A DNA stretch of 64,000 bases from Acidobacteriota bacterium (GTDB taxonomy: Bacteria > Acidobacteriota > Thermoanaerobaculia > Multivoradales > JAGPDF01). Position numbers and translations under genes: made by a program. Under the pieces are notes generated by a model, which did not search any database, was not told the origin of the DNA, and saw nothing but the letters and a program-made list of their open reading frames with translations. The stretch covers positions 672 to 64,671 of the forward strand of contig JAAYLR010000019.1 of NCBI GenBank assembly GCA_012521815.1. The letters are read 5' to 3'. Within the stretch, counting starts at the first letter, position 1. The number at the start of each line of letters is the position of its first letter. Shown here in pieces: positions 46,317 through 56,409 of the stretch.

Positions 46317-48347
46317 TCACACGCCGCCACGGGCCGGCTCCCGGTTGCCGGCGAGGAGGCGGGTGGCGGCCGCGACCACGCCGGCGACGCTCAGGCCGAA
46401 CCGTTCGGCGAGCGCCGGCGCCGGCGCGCTCTCCCCGAACCGGTCGATGCCGTGTACCGCACCCTCGCTGCCCACCCACCGGTGCCAGCCGAAGCTCGTG
46501 CCGGCCTCCACCGCGAGCCGACGCCGGACCGCGGGCGGCAGCACCGCATCCCGGTAGGCCGGCTCCTGACGGGAGAAGAGCTCCCAGGAGGGGAGCGAGA
46601 CGACCCGGCAGGCGATCCCGCGGCCGCCGAGCTCGCTGGCGGCGCCGAGCGCGAGCGCGACCTCCGAGCCGGTGGCGAGCAGCAGCAGCGCCGGCGTCCC
46701 GCCCGGGCCGGTCTCCGCCAGGACGTAGCCGCCCCGCGCGACGCCCTCCGGGGCGCGCTCGGCGCTGCCCGGCAGCACCGGCACCTGCTGGCGGGTCAGG
46801 GCGAGCGCGGTCGGTCCGTCCCGGCGGGCGAGCGCCACCCGCCAGGCCGCGACCGTCTCGTTCGCGTCGGCGGGCCGGAGTACCACGAGCCCCGGAATCG
46901 CCCGCAGCGCGGCGAGCTGTTCGACCGGCTGATGGGTGGGGCCGTCCTCGCCGAGGAGGATCGAGTCGTGGGTGAAGACGTAGACGACCGGCAGCCGCAT
47001 GAGCGCCGCGAGGCGGACGGCCGGACGCAGGTAGTCGGAGAAGACGAGGAAGGTGCCGCCGTACGGGCGCAGCCCGCCGGTGAGGGCGAGGCCGTTGAGG
47101 ATCGCCCCCATCGCGTGCTCCCGGACGCCGAAGCGGAGGTTGCGCCCCCCCGGGGTGGCGGGGAGCGAGTCGGCCTCGCCGCGCAGGAGGGTGTTGTTCG
47201 ACGGCGCGAGATCGGCCGACCCTCCCACGAGCTCCGGCAGCCGCGGGGCGAAGAGGTTGAGAAGCTCGCCGGAGACCACGCGGGTGGCCTCGCCCTTCGG
47301 ATCGGCGGGGAAGACCGGGAGGTCCGCGTCCCAGCCCGCGGGCAGCTCGCCAGAGAGGCGCCGGGCGAGCTCGGCGGCGAGCGCGGGCTCGGCCTCGGCG
47401 AGCGCGGCCGCGCGGGCGAGCCACTCGGCCCGCGCCGCGGCGCCGCGCCGGCGCGCCTCGTCGTAGGCGGCGCGCGCCGCCTCCGGCACGAGGAAGGTGG
47501 CCTCCGGATCCCAGCCGAGCGCGGCCTTGGTGAGCCGGGCCTCCTCCGCGCCGAGCGGCGAGCCGTGCGCCGCGGCGCTCCCCTGCTTGTTCGGGCTGCC
47601 GTAGCCGATCTCGGTGCGGACGACGAGGAGTGTCGGCCGCTCCCGTTCGGCGGCGGCGGCGGCGAAGCCGTGGGCGAGGGCGTCGAGGTCGTTGCCGTCG
47701 GCCACCCGCTCCACCCGCCAGCCGCAGGCGGCGAAGCGCGCGCCGACCTCCTCGGAGAAGGCGAGGCCGGTGCTGCCGTCGATCGTGATCCGGTTGTCGT
47801 CCCAGAGGAGCTTGAGCCGGCCGAGGCGCTGGTGGCCGGCGAACGAGACTGCCTCGGCAGCGACCCCCTCCATGAGGTCGCCATCCCCGGCGAAGGTCCA
47901 GACCGCGTAGTCGAACAGCTCGCGCCCCGGGCGGTCGAAGCGCGCCCCGAGGAGACGGGCGGCGAGCGCCATCCCGACGGCGTTCGCCACCCCCTGCCCG
48001 AGCGGTCCGGTGGTCGTCTCGACGCCGGGGGTGAGGCCGTGCTCCGGGTGCCCCGGGGTCCGCGAGTCGAGCTGGCGGAACCGCCGGAGCTCGGCGAGCG
48101 GCAGGTCGAAGCCGGCGAGGTGGAGCAGGGCGTAGAGGAGCGCCGAGCCGTGACCGCCGGAGAGCACGAACCGGTCCCGGCCCGGCCAGTCGGGGGCGGC
48201 CGGGTCGAAACGCAGGAAGCGGCTCCAGAGGACGTGGGCGGCGGGGGCGAGACCGAGCGGCGCTCCGGGATGGCCGGAGCGGGCACGCTCGATCATGTCG
48301 ACGGCGAGGAAGCGCAGGGTGTTGACGGCCAGGCGATCGCGATCCAT
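46317..48347 (-). CDS. tkt: Transketolase
   Basis: The GHPG/SGHPG thiamine-binding N-terminus ...RSGHPGAPLG... and full-length three-domain architecture. Confidence 0.9.
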   Translation of the reverse strand: MDRDRLAVNTLRFLAVDMIERARSGHPGAPLGLAPAAHVLWSRFLRFDPAAPDWPGRDRFVLSGGHGSALLYALLHLAGFDLPLAELRRFRQLDSRTPGHPEHGLTPGVETTTGPLGQGVANAVGMALAARLLGARFDRPGRELFDYAVWTFAGDGDLMEGVAAEAVSFAGHQRLGRLKLLWDDNRITIDGSTGLAFSEEVGARFAACGWRVERVADGNDLDALAHGFAAAAAERERPTLLVVRTEIGYGSPNKQGSAAAHGSPLGAEEARLTKAALGWDPEATFLVPEAARAAYDEARRRGAAARAEWLARAAALAEAEPALAAELARRLSGELPAGWDADLPVFPADPKGEATRVVSGELLNLFAPRLPELVGGSADLAPSNNTLLRGEADSLPATPGGRNLRFGVREHAMGAILNGLALTGGLRPYGGTFLVFSDYLRPAVRLAALMRLPVVYVFTHDSILLGEDGPTHQPVEQLAALRAIPGLVVLRPADANETVAAWRVALARRDGPTALALTRQQVPVLPGSAERAPEGVARGGYVLAETGPGGTPALLLLATGSEVALALGAASELGGRGIACRVVSLPSWELFSRQEPAYRDAVLPPAVRRRLAVEAGTSFGWHRWVGSEGAVHGIDRFGESAPAPALAERFGLSVAGVVAAATRLLAGNREPARGGV

Positions 48348-48475
48348 GAGCTCGTTCGGGGAAGTGGTCGGTGGCGGTGCGACGGCGTCGCCCGAGTCTA
48401 GCCGAGGCGGTGCCGCCGCCGCGGCTTTGACTTGGGCGCCGGCGACTCCCTAGAATCACAGCCCCAGCGCCTTCC

Positions 48476-48569
48476 GGAGACGTGGCCGAGTGGCTGAAGG
48501 CGGCGGTTTGCTAAACCGTTATACGGGCTACAACCTGTATCGAGGGTTCGAATCCCTCCGTCTCCGCCA
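48476..48569 (+). tRNA. tRNA-Ser (anticodon GCU), class II
   Basis: The GGAGACG/CGTCTCC acceptor stem, anticodon loop TTGCTAA, a long variable arm, the GGTTCGAATCC T-loop and GCCA at the 3' end. Confidence 0.85.
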
Positions 48570-48580
48570 CCCCCTCCCCT

Positions 48581-49345
48581 TCAGGCGAGATCGATCACCA
48601 CCGGCGCGTGATCCGACGGGAGCTTCCCCTTCCGCTCGTCGCGATCGATGAACGCCCCCGTGCAGCGCGCGGCGAGCGGCGCGGCGAGCAGGACGTGGTC
48701 GATCCGCAGACCGTCGTTGCGCGGAAAGCCGAGCTGCCGGTAATCCCACCAGGAGTAGTGACCGCCCTCGTCGTGGTGGAGACGGAAGGCGTCGGTGAGG
48801 CCGGCCGCGAGGAGCGCTTCCCAGGCAGCGCGGGCCGGCGGGGCGCAGAGGACGGAGCCGGCCCAGACCTCCGGGCTGGCGACGTCGCGCGCGTCGGGGG
48901 CGATGTTGAAGTCGCCGCCGAGGACGAGCGGCGGCGCCGGCGGCCGGCGGCGGACCCAGGCGGCGAGGCGGTCGAGCCAGGCGAGCTTGTACGCCCACTT
49001 CTCCGAGCCGACCTCCTTGCCGTTCGGAACGTAGGCGGAGGCGATCGCGAGACCGCCGACGGTGGCGGTGACGAGGCGCGCCTGGCTCTCGTCGCCGCCG
49101 TCGCCGAAGCCGGTCGCGACCTCGGCCGGGGCCTCGCGGGCGAGGATCGCGACCCCGTTGTACGTCTTCTGCCCGTGCACGGCGGCGTGGTAGCCGGCTT
49201 CCGCGAGGGCCGCGGCGGGGAAACCGGCGGCCGCGGTCTTCAGCTCCTGCAGGCAGACCACGTCCGGGCGGTGCCGGGCGAGCAGCGCGAGGAGCCGCTC
49301 CTGCCGGGCGCGGATCGAGTTCACGTTCCAGGTGACGATGCGCAT
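48581..49345 (-). CDS. xthA: Exodeoxyribonuclease III
   Basis: MRIVTWNVNSIRAR...LQELK...GGDFNI...SDHAPV are EEP nuclease motifs. Confidence 0.85.
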   Translation of the reverse strand: MRIVTWNVNSIRARQERLLALLARHRPDVVCLQELKTAAAGFPAAALAEAGYHAAVHGQKTYNGVAILAREAPAEVATGFGDGGDESQARLVTATVGGLAIASAYVPNGKEVGSEKWAYKLAWLDRLAAWVRRRPPAPPLVLGGDFNIAPDARDVASPEVWAGSVLCAPPARAAWEALLAAGLTDAFRLHHDEGGHYSWWDYRQLGFPRNDGLRIDHVLLAAPLAARCTGAFIDRDERKGKLPSDHAPVVIDLA

Positions 49346-49490
49346 GCGTGCCCCTCCCGCGGCCTGCCGGGGTCATTGTAGGCAAGGGAGCGCGGCGGCC
49401 GCCGCCGCGACAGCGCATAGGATACGCAGGTGCGCTCACCACGGCCGGTTCCCGCCGGACGGTCCCCGAGGGCGATGACGGAGCGGGGCG

Positions 49491-51746
49491 ATGTCTGAGA
49501 CCAACGGGCTCGCGAGCCCCGAGAGCGTCGCGCCCGGCGGCCACGGCTTCGGCACGCCGACGGTCTTCCTCGCCTCGATCTGCACGATCCTCGGCGCGAT
49601 CCTCTACCTGCGCTTCGGCTACGCCGTCGGGCACACGGGGCTCGTCGGCACGCTCGCGATCATCGCGCTCGGTCATCTGGTGACGCTGCCGACCGCGCTC
49701 GCCATCTCCGAGATCGCCACCAACCGGCGGGTCGAGGGGGGCGGCATCTACTTCATCGTCTCCCGCTCGTTCGGGCGCACCATCGGCGCGGCGATCGGCA
49801 TCGCCCTCTACTTCTCGCAGGCGCTCTCCGTCGCCTTCTACATGATCGGCTTCGCGGAGGCGTTCCGCCCTTGGTCGGGGCTGCTGGAGAGCTGGTTCCG
49901 GATCCCGTTCGACGTCCGCTGGGTCTCGCTGCCGGCGACCGCCGCGGTGGCGCTGCTCGCGCTGCTGCGCGGAGCCGACGTCGGGGTGCGCTTCCTCTGG
50001 GGGATCGGGGCCGTGCTGGCGCTCTCCCTCGTCCTCTTCTTCACCGGCTCGCCGCTGCCGGGCACGGCCGAGGGGCCGCTCGCGATCTTCGGCGGCATCG
50101 AGGGCGGCGATCCGTTCATGCTCGTCTTCGCGATCGCCTTTCCGGCCTTCACCGGCATGGCGGCCGGAGTCGGGCTCTCGGGCGATCTGCGCAACCCCCG
50201 GCGGTCGCTCCCGCTCGGGGTGATGTCGGCGGTGCTCGCCGGCCTCGTCATCTACGTCGCGGTCGCCGTCAAGCTCGCCTTCTCGGCGCCGGCCGAGGTG
50301 CTGGCGACCAACTACCTCGTGATGGTCGACATCGCGAGCTGGGGGCCGATCATCCCGATCGGGCTCGCCTGCGCCACCCTCTCCTCGGCGGTCGGTTCGA
50401 TCCTCATCGCCCCGCGCACCCTGCAGGCGCTCGGCGCCGACGGGGTGGCGCCGGGCGAGGCCGTCAACCGCTTCCTCGCGGCGGGAAGCGGAGCCACGAA
50501 CGAGCCGCGCAACGCGACGCTCGTCACCGCGGTGCTGGCGCTCGCGATGGTGGCGCTCGGCAGCATCGATTTCGTCGCGCGGATCGTCTCGATGGTCTTC
50601 ATGGTGACCTACGGCTCGCTCTGCACGATCAGCTTCCTCGAGCATTTCGCGGGGCGCCCGAGCTACCGGCCGAGCTTCCGCTCGAAGTGGTACCTCTCGG
50701 CGCTCGGCGCGGTCACCTGCTTCCTGCTGATGTTCCAGATGGACCCCGGCTTCGCGCTGCTCGCGCTCGTGCTGATGACGGGGATCTATCTCGCGCTGCG
50801 CAGCACCCACGGCCGGCAGGACGACCTCGCCGAGATCTTCCGCGGGGTGATGACGCAGACCGCGCGCTACTTCCAGATCCAGCTCCAGCGGGCGGCGGCC
50901 CGGTCGCGCGGGGAGGAGTGGCGCCCGACGCTGATCGTGGTCGGGGAGCGGAGCTTCGAGCGGGCCGCGCCGCTGCAGCTGCTCACCTGGCTCTGCCGGC
51001 GGCAGGGGTTCGGCACCTACCTCCACCTGCTGCGCGGCCGGCTCGACGCCCGGACCTACCGCCAGGGGGAGCGGCTCGCCACCCAGCTCGTGACGCTCCT
51101 CGAGGCCCGGCGCAGCGCGCTCGTGGTCGACACGATCGTCTCGCCGTCGCTCCGCACGGCGCTCGCGCAGGCGTACCAGATGCCGAGCTCGGCCGGGCGC
51201 AAGCACAACGCCACCCTCTTCGACTTCACGCCCGCCGATCCGGAGGCGCAGCTCGCCGAGATCGTCGACGGCTGCACGCTCGCCTGGGACGCCCAGATCA
51301 GCCCGCTCGTCCTCTCGCATGGAGAACGGTTCTTCGGCAGCCGGCGCGACGTCCACCTCTGGCTCACCTGGCACGACCACGAGAACGCGCCGCTGATGAT
51401 CCTGCTCGCCTACATCCTGCTCGGCCACCCCGACTGGACGGGAGCGGAGGTGCGGATCTTCGCCGCCTTCCCGCACGCCGACGTGGAGCGGGAGCGCGCG
51501 AAGCTCGTCGCCCTGATCGAGACCGGCCGGCTGCCGATCAACCTGAAGAACCTGCGGATCATCCCGACCGACGACGCCGTCGACTTCCAGGACCTCGTCG
51601 CCCGCCTCTCGTCGCGGGCCGATCTCGTGATCTTCGGCTTCACCCGGCCGCGCCTCGAGGAGAAGGGCGCGGCGCTCTTCCGGCGCCATCCGGCCCTCGG
51701 CGAGACGCTCTTCGTCTCGGCGACCGAGCGGATCGCGATCGACTAG
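49491..51746 (+). CDS. APC-superfamily transporter of the SLC12 (cation-chloride cotransporter) type with a large C-terminal cytoplasmic domain
   Basis: 12-TM amino-acid-permease core plus a ~300-aa C-terminal domain. 751 aa. Confidence 0.7.
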   Translation: MSETNGLASPESVAPGGHGFGTPTVFLASICTILGAILYLRFGYAVGHTGLVGTLAIIALGHLVTLPTALAISEIATNRRVEGGGIYFIVSRSFGRTIGAAIGIALYFSQALSVAFYMIGFAEAFRPWSGLLESWFRIPFDVRWVSLPATAAVALLALLRGADVGVRFLWGIGAVLALSLVLFFTGSPLPGTAEGPLAIFGGIEGGDPFMLVFAIAFPAFTGMAAGVGLSGDLRNPRRSLPLGVMSAVLAGLVIYVAVAVKLAFSAPAEVLATNYLVMVDIASWGPIIPIGLACATLSSAVGSILIAPRTLQALGADGVAPGEAVNRFLAAGSGATNEPRNATLVTAVLALAMVALGSIDFVARIVSMVFMVTYGSLCTISFLEHFAGRPSYRPSFRSKWYLSALGAVTCFLLMFQMDPGFALLALVLMTGIYLALRSTHGRQDDLAEIFRGVMTQTARYFQIQLQRAAARSRGEEWRPTLIVVGERSFERAAPLQLLTWLCRRQGFGTYLHLLRGRLDARTYRQGERLATQLVTLLEARRSALVVDTIVSPSLRTALAQAYQMPSSAGRKHNATLFDFTPADPEAQLAEIVDGCTLAWDAQISPLVLSHGERFFGSRRDVHLWLTWHDHENAPLMILLAYILLGHPDWTGAEVRIFAAFPHADVERERAKLVALIETGRLPINLKNLRIIPTDDAVDFQDLVARLSSRADLVIFGFTRPRLEEKGAALFRRHPALGETLFVSATERIAID

Positions 51747-51821
51747 CCCGGAGCGCCACCCGTTCCGGGAAACTTTCCACCGCCGCCGGCGTATCTTCGC
51801 CACGCAGGCCGGCAAAGGGGG

Positions 51822-52733
51822 ATGGAATTGCCACCGACACTGGAGCTCGACACCGTTCGCAAAACGTTCGGCGATTTCGTGGCCGTCGACGCGGTCTCCT
51901 TCGCGGTGCCGCAGGGGTCGCTCTTCGGCCTGCTCGGGCCGAACGGGGCGGGCAAGACGACGGTGATCCGGATGATCATGGACATCCTCGCCCCCGACGA
52001 GGGCGAGGTGCGCCTCCGCGGCCGGCCCCGCACCCGCGACGACCTGCGCCGGATCGGCTACCTGCCCGAGGAGCGGGGGCTCTACCGGCGGATGACGGTC
52101 ACCGACCAGCTCGTCTTCCTCGGCGAGCTCCACGGCGTGCCGCGCGGGGAGGCCACGAAGCGCGCCGCGCAGTGGCTCGAGCGGCTCGGGCTCGGCGCCT
52201 GGGCGAAGGCGAAGGTCGAGGCGCTCTCGAAGGGGATGCAGCAGAAGATCCAGATCGCCGGGACGCTCCTCCACGAGCCCGACCTGCTGATCCTCGACGA
52301 GCCGTTCTCCGGCCTCGACCCGATCAACCAGGGGGTCCTCAAGGAGGCCCTCGCCGAGCTGCGGGAGCGGGGGACGACGATCCTCTTCTCGACCCACATC
52401 ATGGAGCACGCCGAGAAGCTCTGCGACCGGATCTGCCTCATCTCGGGCGGCCGGGTGGTGCTCGCGGGCGAGCTCGCGGCGCTGAAGCGCGAGCGCGGCG
52501 GCAACGTCTACCGGGTATGGATCGACGGGCCGGAGGCGACGCTCGAAGGGCTCCCGGGCGTCGCGCAGGTCGTGCCGAAGGGGGACGGCGAGGCCCGGCT
52601 CCTCCTCGCCCCCGAGGCCGATCCGGGGGAGGTCCTCGCGGCGGTCGTCGGCCGGACCCGGGTGCGGGAGTACCGCTCCGAGGAGCCGGATCTCGAAACC
52701 CTCTTCATCCAGGCGGTGCGCGATGCGAACTGA
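51822..52733 (+). CDS. ABC transporter ATP-binding protein (ABC-2 type)
   Basis: Walker A GPNGAGKTT, signature LSKGMQQK and Walker B LLILDEP. Confidence 0.85.
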   Translation: MELPPTLELDTVRKTFGDFVAVDAVSFAVPQGSLFGLLGPNGAGKTTVIRMIMDILAPDEGEVRLRGRPRTRDDLRRIGYLPEERGLYRRMTVTDQLVFLGELHGVPRGEATKRAAQWLERLGLGAWAKAKVEALSKGMQQKIQIAGTLLHEPDLLILDEPFSGLDPINQGVLKEALAELRERGTTILFSTHIMEHAEKLCDRICLISGGRVVLAGELAALKRERGGNVYRVWIDGPEATLEGLPGVAQVVPKGDGEARLLLAPEADPGEVLAAVVGRTRVREYRSEEPDLETLFIQAVRDAN

Positions 52734-54042
52734 GGCCGTGCTCACGATCGCCCGGCGCGAGTACCTCGAGCGGGTGACCAGCAAGGGGTTCTGGATCGCC
52801 ACCGTGCTCATGCCGCTGTTCATGGCGGCGCTGGTCTTCCTGCCGTCGCTCCTGCTGCTGAAGACGCGGACGACGCACCAGATGGCGGTCGTCGACGAGA
52901 CCGGGGTGCTCGGGCCCGCGCTCGTCGCGGCGCTCGCGCCGAAGAGCCCGGAACCGGAACGAGGGGAAGGGCTCGCGCGGCTCGGCCGCGAGCAGGCCGA
53001 GAAGCAGATGGCGCGCTTCGAGGTCGATCTCGTTCCCCCGGGAGAACCGGAGGCGCAGCGCGCCGCCCTCGACGCCCGGGTGCTTGCCGGCGAGATCGCC
53101 TCCTGGGTCCGTCTCGGCCCCGAGGTGCTCACCGGCGGGAGGGCGGAGTACCGGGCGGCGAGCGTCTCGAACATCCTCACCCAGGAGCGGCTCGGCGAGG
53201 CGCTCACCCGTGTCGTCTCCCGGGTGCGGCTCGAGCAGGCCGGCCTCGATGCCGGTCAGGTCGAGGACCTCACCCGCGCGACCCGGCTCGAGACCGTCCG
53301 CGTCTCGGCCACCGGCGGCCGCGCCGAGGGGGGGATGACGGGCTTCTTCCTCGCCTACTTCCTCGTCTTCCTCCTCTACATGGTGGCGCTGCTCTACGGT
53401 CAGCAGGTGCTCAACGGCGTGCTCGAGGAGAAGACCACCCGGGTGGTGGAGGTGCTCCTGGCCACGGTGCGGCCGTTCGAGCTGATGCTCGGCAAGCTGG
53501 CCGGGATCGGCCTCGCCGGCCTGACCCAGCTCGCGATCTGGCTCGCCACCGCGGTCGTGCTCACCGCCCCCGGGGTGGTGGGGGCGCTCGCCTGGCTGCC
53601 GGAAGGGCAGCTCCCGCAGGTCGAGGTCGGGCTGGTGGTCCACTTCCTGCTGCACTTCCTGCTCGGCTACTTCTTCTACGCCACCCTCTACGCGGCGATC
53701 GGCGCGGCGAGCAACAACATGCAGGAGGCGCAGCAGTTCGTGGGGTTCGTGACGGTCTTCCTGGTGGCGCCGCTGCTGCTCATGATGCCGGTGATCAACG
53801 ACCCGGACTCGGTGCTCGCGGTGGGCCTCTCGCTCATCCCGCCGTTCACGCCGCTGCTCATGATGCTGCGCATCGCGGTGAAGATGCCGCCGCTCTGGCA
53901 GGTGGCGCTCGGCTACCTGCTCTGCACCGGCTTCATCCTCCTCCTCGTCGAGCTCTGCGGCCGCATCTACCGGGTGGGGGTCCTGATGCACGGCAAGAAG
54001 CCCACCTTCGCCGAGCTCTGGCGCTGGCTCCGCTACGCCTGA
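52723..54042 (+). CDS. ABC-2 family transporter permease
   Basis: N-terminal TM helix, a large extracytoplasmic loop and 5 C-terminal TM helices. Overlaps the ATPase gene. Confidence 0.75.
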   Translation: MRTEAVLTIARREYLERVTSKGFWIATVLMPLFMAALVFLPSLLLLKTRTTHQMAVVDETGVLGPALVAALAPKSPEPERGEGLARLGREQAEKQMARFEVDLVPPGEPEAQRAALDARVLAGEIASWVRLGPEVLTGGRAEYRAASVSNILTQERLGEALTRVVSRVRLEQAGLDAGQVEDLTRATRLETVRVSATGGRAEGGMTGFFLAYFLVFLLYMVALLYGQQVLNGVLEEKTTRVVEVLLATVRPFELMLGKLAGIGLAGLTQLAIWLATAVVLTAPGVVGALAWLPEGQLPQVEVGLVVHFLLHFLLGYFFYATLYAAIGAASNNMQEAQQFVGFVTVFLVAPLLLMMPVINDPDSVLAVGLSLIPPFTPLLMMLRIAVKMPPLWQVALGYLLCTGFILLLVELCGRIYRVGVLMHGKKPTFAELWRWLRYA

Positions 54043-54124
54043 GGCGGCGCGAGAGGCGAAAAGCGAACGGGCCCGGCGATCTCGCCGGGCCCGCATTTTT
54101 CAGGATCCTCGCGAAGCGCGCGGC

Positions 54125-54631
54125 TCAGCGCCGGCCGAAGCCGCCGGCCGGGCGCCGCGGCGCCCGCGGCCGCTCCCCCTTCAGCTTCCGGGCGGTCTCC
54201 CAGGTGGTGCGCTGTTCGGGGGTGAGGAGCGCGTTGAGCTCGGTGTCGAACCGCTCGCGCTCGGCCCGGAGCTGCTCGCGCAGCCGGTGGTTGGCGATCA
54301 CGAGCGCGCCGACCGCGGCCGGCGCCGGATCGTCCCCGGCGAGCAGCGTGCGCAGCTTCTCGCTGTTGGCCCGCTCCTGATCGTGGAGCGAACGCCCGGT
54401 CTCCCGATGGCTCGTGACGAGCGCTTCGATCTCCGTCCGCTGGGCGGCGCTCAGGTCGAGCAGCTGGTCGAGCCGGGCGAGCAGGCGCTCCCCGGGCTCG
54501 AACGAGCCGTACCCCCACGGTCCCATCCCGGCACCGGCACGGGGGCCGTAGCCGGCACCCGGCGGCTGCGCGAGGGCGGGCAGCGCGGCGAGCAGGAGGA
54601 GGGTGGCGAAGAGAGTGAGGTGGCGCTTCAT
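54125..54631 (-). CDS. Periplasmic Spy/CpxP-family (LTxxQ motif) protein
   Basis: Signal peptide MKRHLTLFATLLLLAALPALA. LDLSAAQRTEIEAL and LLTPEQRTTWE are LTxxQ-type repeats. Confidence 0.6.
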   Translation of the reverse strand: MKRHLTLFATLLLLAALPALAQPPGAGYGPRAGAGMGPWGYGSFEPGERLLARLDQLLDLSAAQRTEIEALVTSHRETGRSLHDQERANSEKLRTLLAGDDPAPAAVGALVIANHRLREQLRAERERFDTELNALLTPEQRTTWETARKLKGERPRAPRRPAGGFGRR

Positions 54632-54735
54632 GAGGGCTTCTCCTTTCCTGGCTTCCGGAAGAGCCCCGGCGCTCTCGACCGCGGCTCCGTTCACGGGGAG
54701 AAACCCGCCGCCCGCCCGGTTCCTGCGCCCGCCGC

Positions 54736-56175
54736 TCAGAACTTCGACCAGAGGTACTGGTTCGTCACCTCGTGGTGGAACTGGATCTCGCCGGTCTTCA
54801 CCCGCGTCCCGAGCGCCTTCGGGCTGCGCTCGGCCTGGGTCATCTTCACCTCGGCGTAGCGGCCCTGGAGCTCTTCGCCGAGCAGCTCGGCGGCCCATTT
54901 GCCGGCCTTGAAGAGGCGGATCGCGTCGTAGATGTTGTCGGGCAGGAAGCGGGTGCGGGGGCGCTTCGGCTCGCTCTCCTCGACCGGCTCGGGCCCTTCG
55001 AGCCCGGTGCGGAGCAGCGCGTAGATGGCGAGGTACGGGTTCGCGTCCGGGCCGATCGAACGCACCTCGACCCGCGCCGAGCGCTCGTTGAAGAGGGGGA
55101 TCCGGATCATCGCGCCGCGGTCGATGGCGGAGGCCCGGATCTGGTTCGGGGCCTCGAAGGCGGGATCGAGCCGCCGGTAGGCGTTGACCGAGGAGTTGAG
55201 GATCAGACAGAGATCGTTGGCGCTCTCGAGGATCCGGGCGGCGAAGCGCCAGCCGCTGGCGGAGAGCTGGTCCTGCCCGGCCGGGTCCCAGAAGAGGTTG
55301 CGGCCCTCCCGTTCGAACGAGATGTTCGTGTGCATGCCGTTGCCGTTGACCCCGGCGACCGGCTTGGGCAGGAACGACGCGGTCATCTCCATCCGCGCCG
55401 CGACCTGCCGCGAGAGGAGCTTGTAGAGCTGCGCCTGGTCGGCGGCCACCGTCGCCTCGCTGTGCGCGTAGTTCATCTCGAACTGCGAGGGGGCGACCTC
55501 GGGGTGGTCCTTCTCGTTGGCGAAACCCATCGCCCGCTGGACCTCGGCGGCGGCGTCGATGAACTGCCGCAGCGCGTCGCCCGGCAGCGAGTGGTAGTAG
55601 CCGCCGGTGGAGATCAGCTCGAGGCTGCGGGTCTCGAGGTAGCGGCGTTCGGCGTCGCGCCCGCGGAAGAGGAACCCCTCGATCTCGTTGGAGATGTGGG
55701 CGACCGTCCGCTCCCGCTCCCAGAGGTCGTCGCAGTACGCCTTGAGCTTGGCGCGCAGATCGGCGCGGTACGGGGTGCCGTCGCGCTCCCGGACCTCGCC
55801 GAAGACGAGCACCTTGCCCGGTCCGAAGATGTCGGCCGGCAGCCAGTAGAAGGCGGGCCAGTCGATGGCGAGGCGGAGATCCCCCTCGGTCTGCTGCGCG
55901 AAGCCGCGGATCGCCGAGCCGTCGAAGGTGAGGTTGTCGGCCGCTCGCAGGAGGTACTTCTTGTCGTAGTCGAGCATGTGGAAGCGCCCTTCGAGGTCGG
56001 TGAAGCAGGCCGTCACCGCCTTGATCCGGCGCTCGTCGGCGAGGTAGCGGAGCCGGCGCTCGGCGATCAGCCCCGGATCGGTCCGGGCGAGCCGCTCGGC
56101 CTTCGCCTCGAGGTTCATCTCTTCGAGCTGGTCGTACGGGATCTCCAGGAAATCGCGCAGGGGGGTGGTGGTCAT
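54736..56175 (-). CDS. glnA: Glutamine synthetase family protein
   Basis: The GS catalytic-domain signature region KPVAGVNGNGMHTNISF. About 480 aa. Start MTTTPLRDF (alternative at 56205). Confidence 0.75.
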   Translation of the reverse strand: MTTTPLRDFLEIPYDQLEEMNLEAKAERLARTDPGLIAERRLRYLADERRIKAVTACFTDLEGRFHMLDYDKKYLLRAADNLTFDGSAIRGFAQQTEGDLRLAIDWPAFYWLPADIFGPGKVLVFGEVRERDGTPYRADLRAKLKAYCDDLWERERTVAHISNEIEGFLFRGRDAERRYLETRSLELISTGGYYHSLPGDALRQFIDAAAEVQRAMGFANEKDHPEVAPSQFEMNYAHSEATVAADQAQLYKLLSRQVAARMEMTASFLPKPVAGVNGNGMHTNISFEREGRNLFWDPAGQDQLSASGWRFAARILESANDLCLILNSSVNAYRRLDPAFEAPNQIRASAIDRGAMIRIPLFNERSARVEVRSIGPDANPYLAIYALLRTGLEGPEPVEESEPKRPRTRFLPDNIYDAIRLFKAGKWAAELLGEELQGRYAEVKMTQAERSPKALGTRVKTGEIQFHHEVTNQYLWSKF

Positions 56176-56351
56176 CGGCTCTCCTTGACGGTACCTATCT
56201 CGCAAGTCGGTCGATTTGTCATGAATCCGCCCTGTTTTATATCAAAACGAGCGCCAATTACAGTAATTCGTGCGTTCCATGGGTGTGCCGTTGTGGATGG
56301 GGTTGCACCCCCTCACGCTGGGTGGGAGGAGGCGTCGCCGCGAGCGCTCCG

Positions 56352-56384
56352 AAAAAAAAAGCGCCGGGCGGGAGGCCCGGCGCC
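56352..56384 (-). terminator. Rho-independent terminator: a 9-bp GC stem GCGCCGGGC-GGGAG-GCCCGGCGC followed by U9 on the minus strand, downstream of the DUF937 gene
   Basis: gaaaaaaaaagcgccgggcgggaggcccggcgcc, seen directly. This is a rare canonical terminator in this GC-rich window. Confidence 0.6.
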
Positions 56385-56409
56385 GGGAAGGGACGGATGG
56401 GCGTGCCGC

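Noticed and set aside
40101-48476. Possible genomic island or prophage between the two tRNA-Ser genes
   Set aside because: No integrase, phage structural or transfer genes and no obvious repeat of the tRNA 3' end. The content is housekeeping-like (tkt, L,D-transpeptidases).
48528-53207. 1559-aa minus-strand ORF
   Set aside because: It runs antisense through the SLC12-like and ABC genes and out of frame through xthA. Composition is Arg/Gly/Pro/Glu low complexity.
56206-56300. Sigma-54 (-24/-12) promoter upstream of the glutamine synthetase gene in the AT-rich patch
   Set aside because: The best candidate TGGCGC-N5-TTGA lacks the invariant GC of the -12 element. There is also a small ATTACAGTAAT palindrome, but no recognisable NtrC or GlnR/TnrA site.
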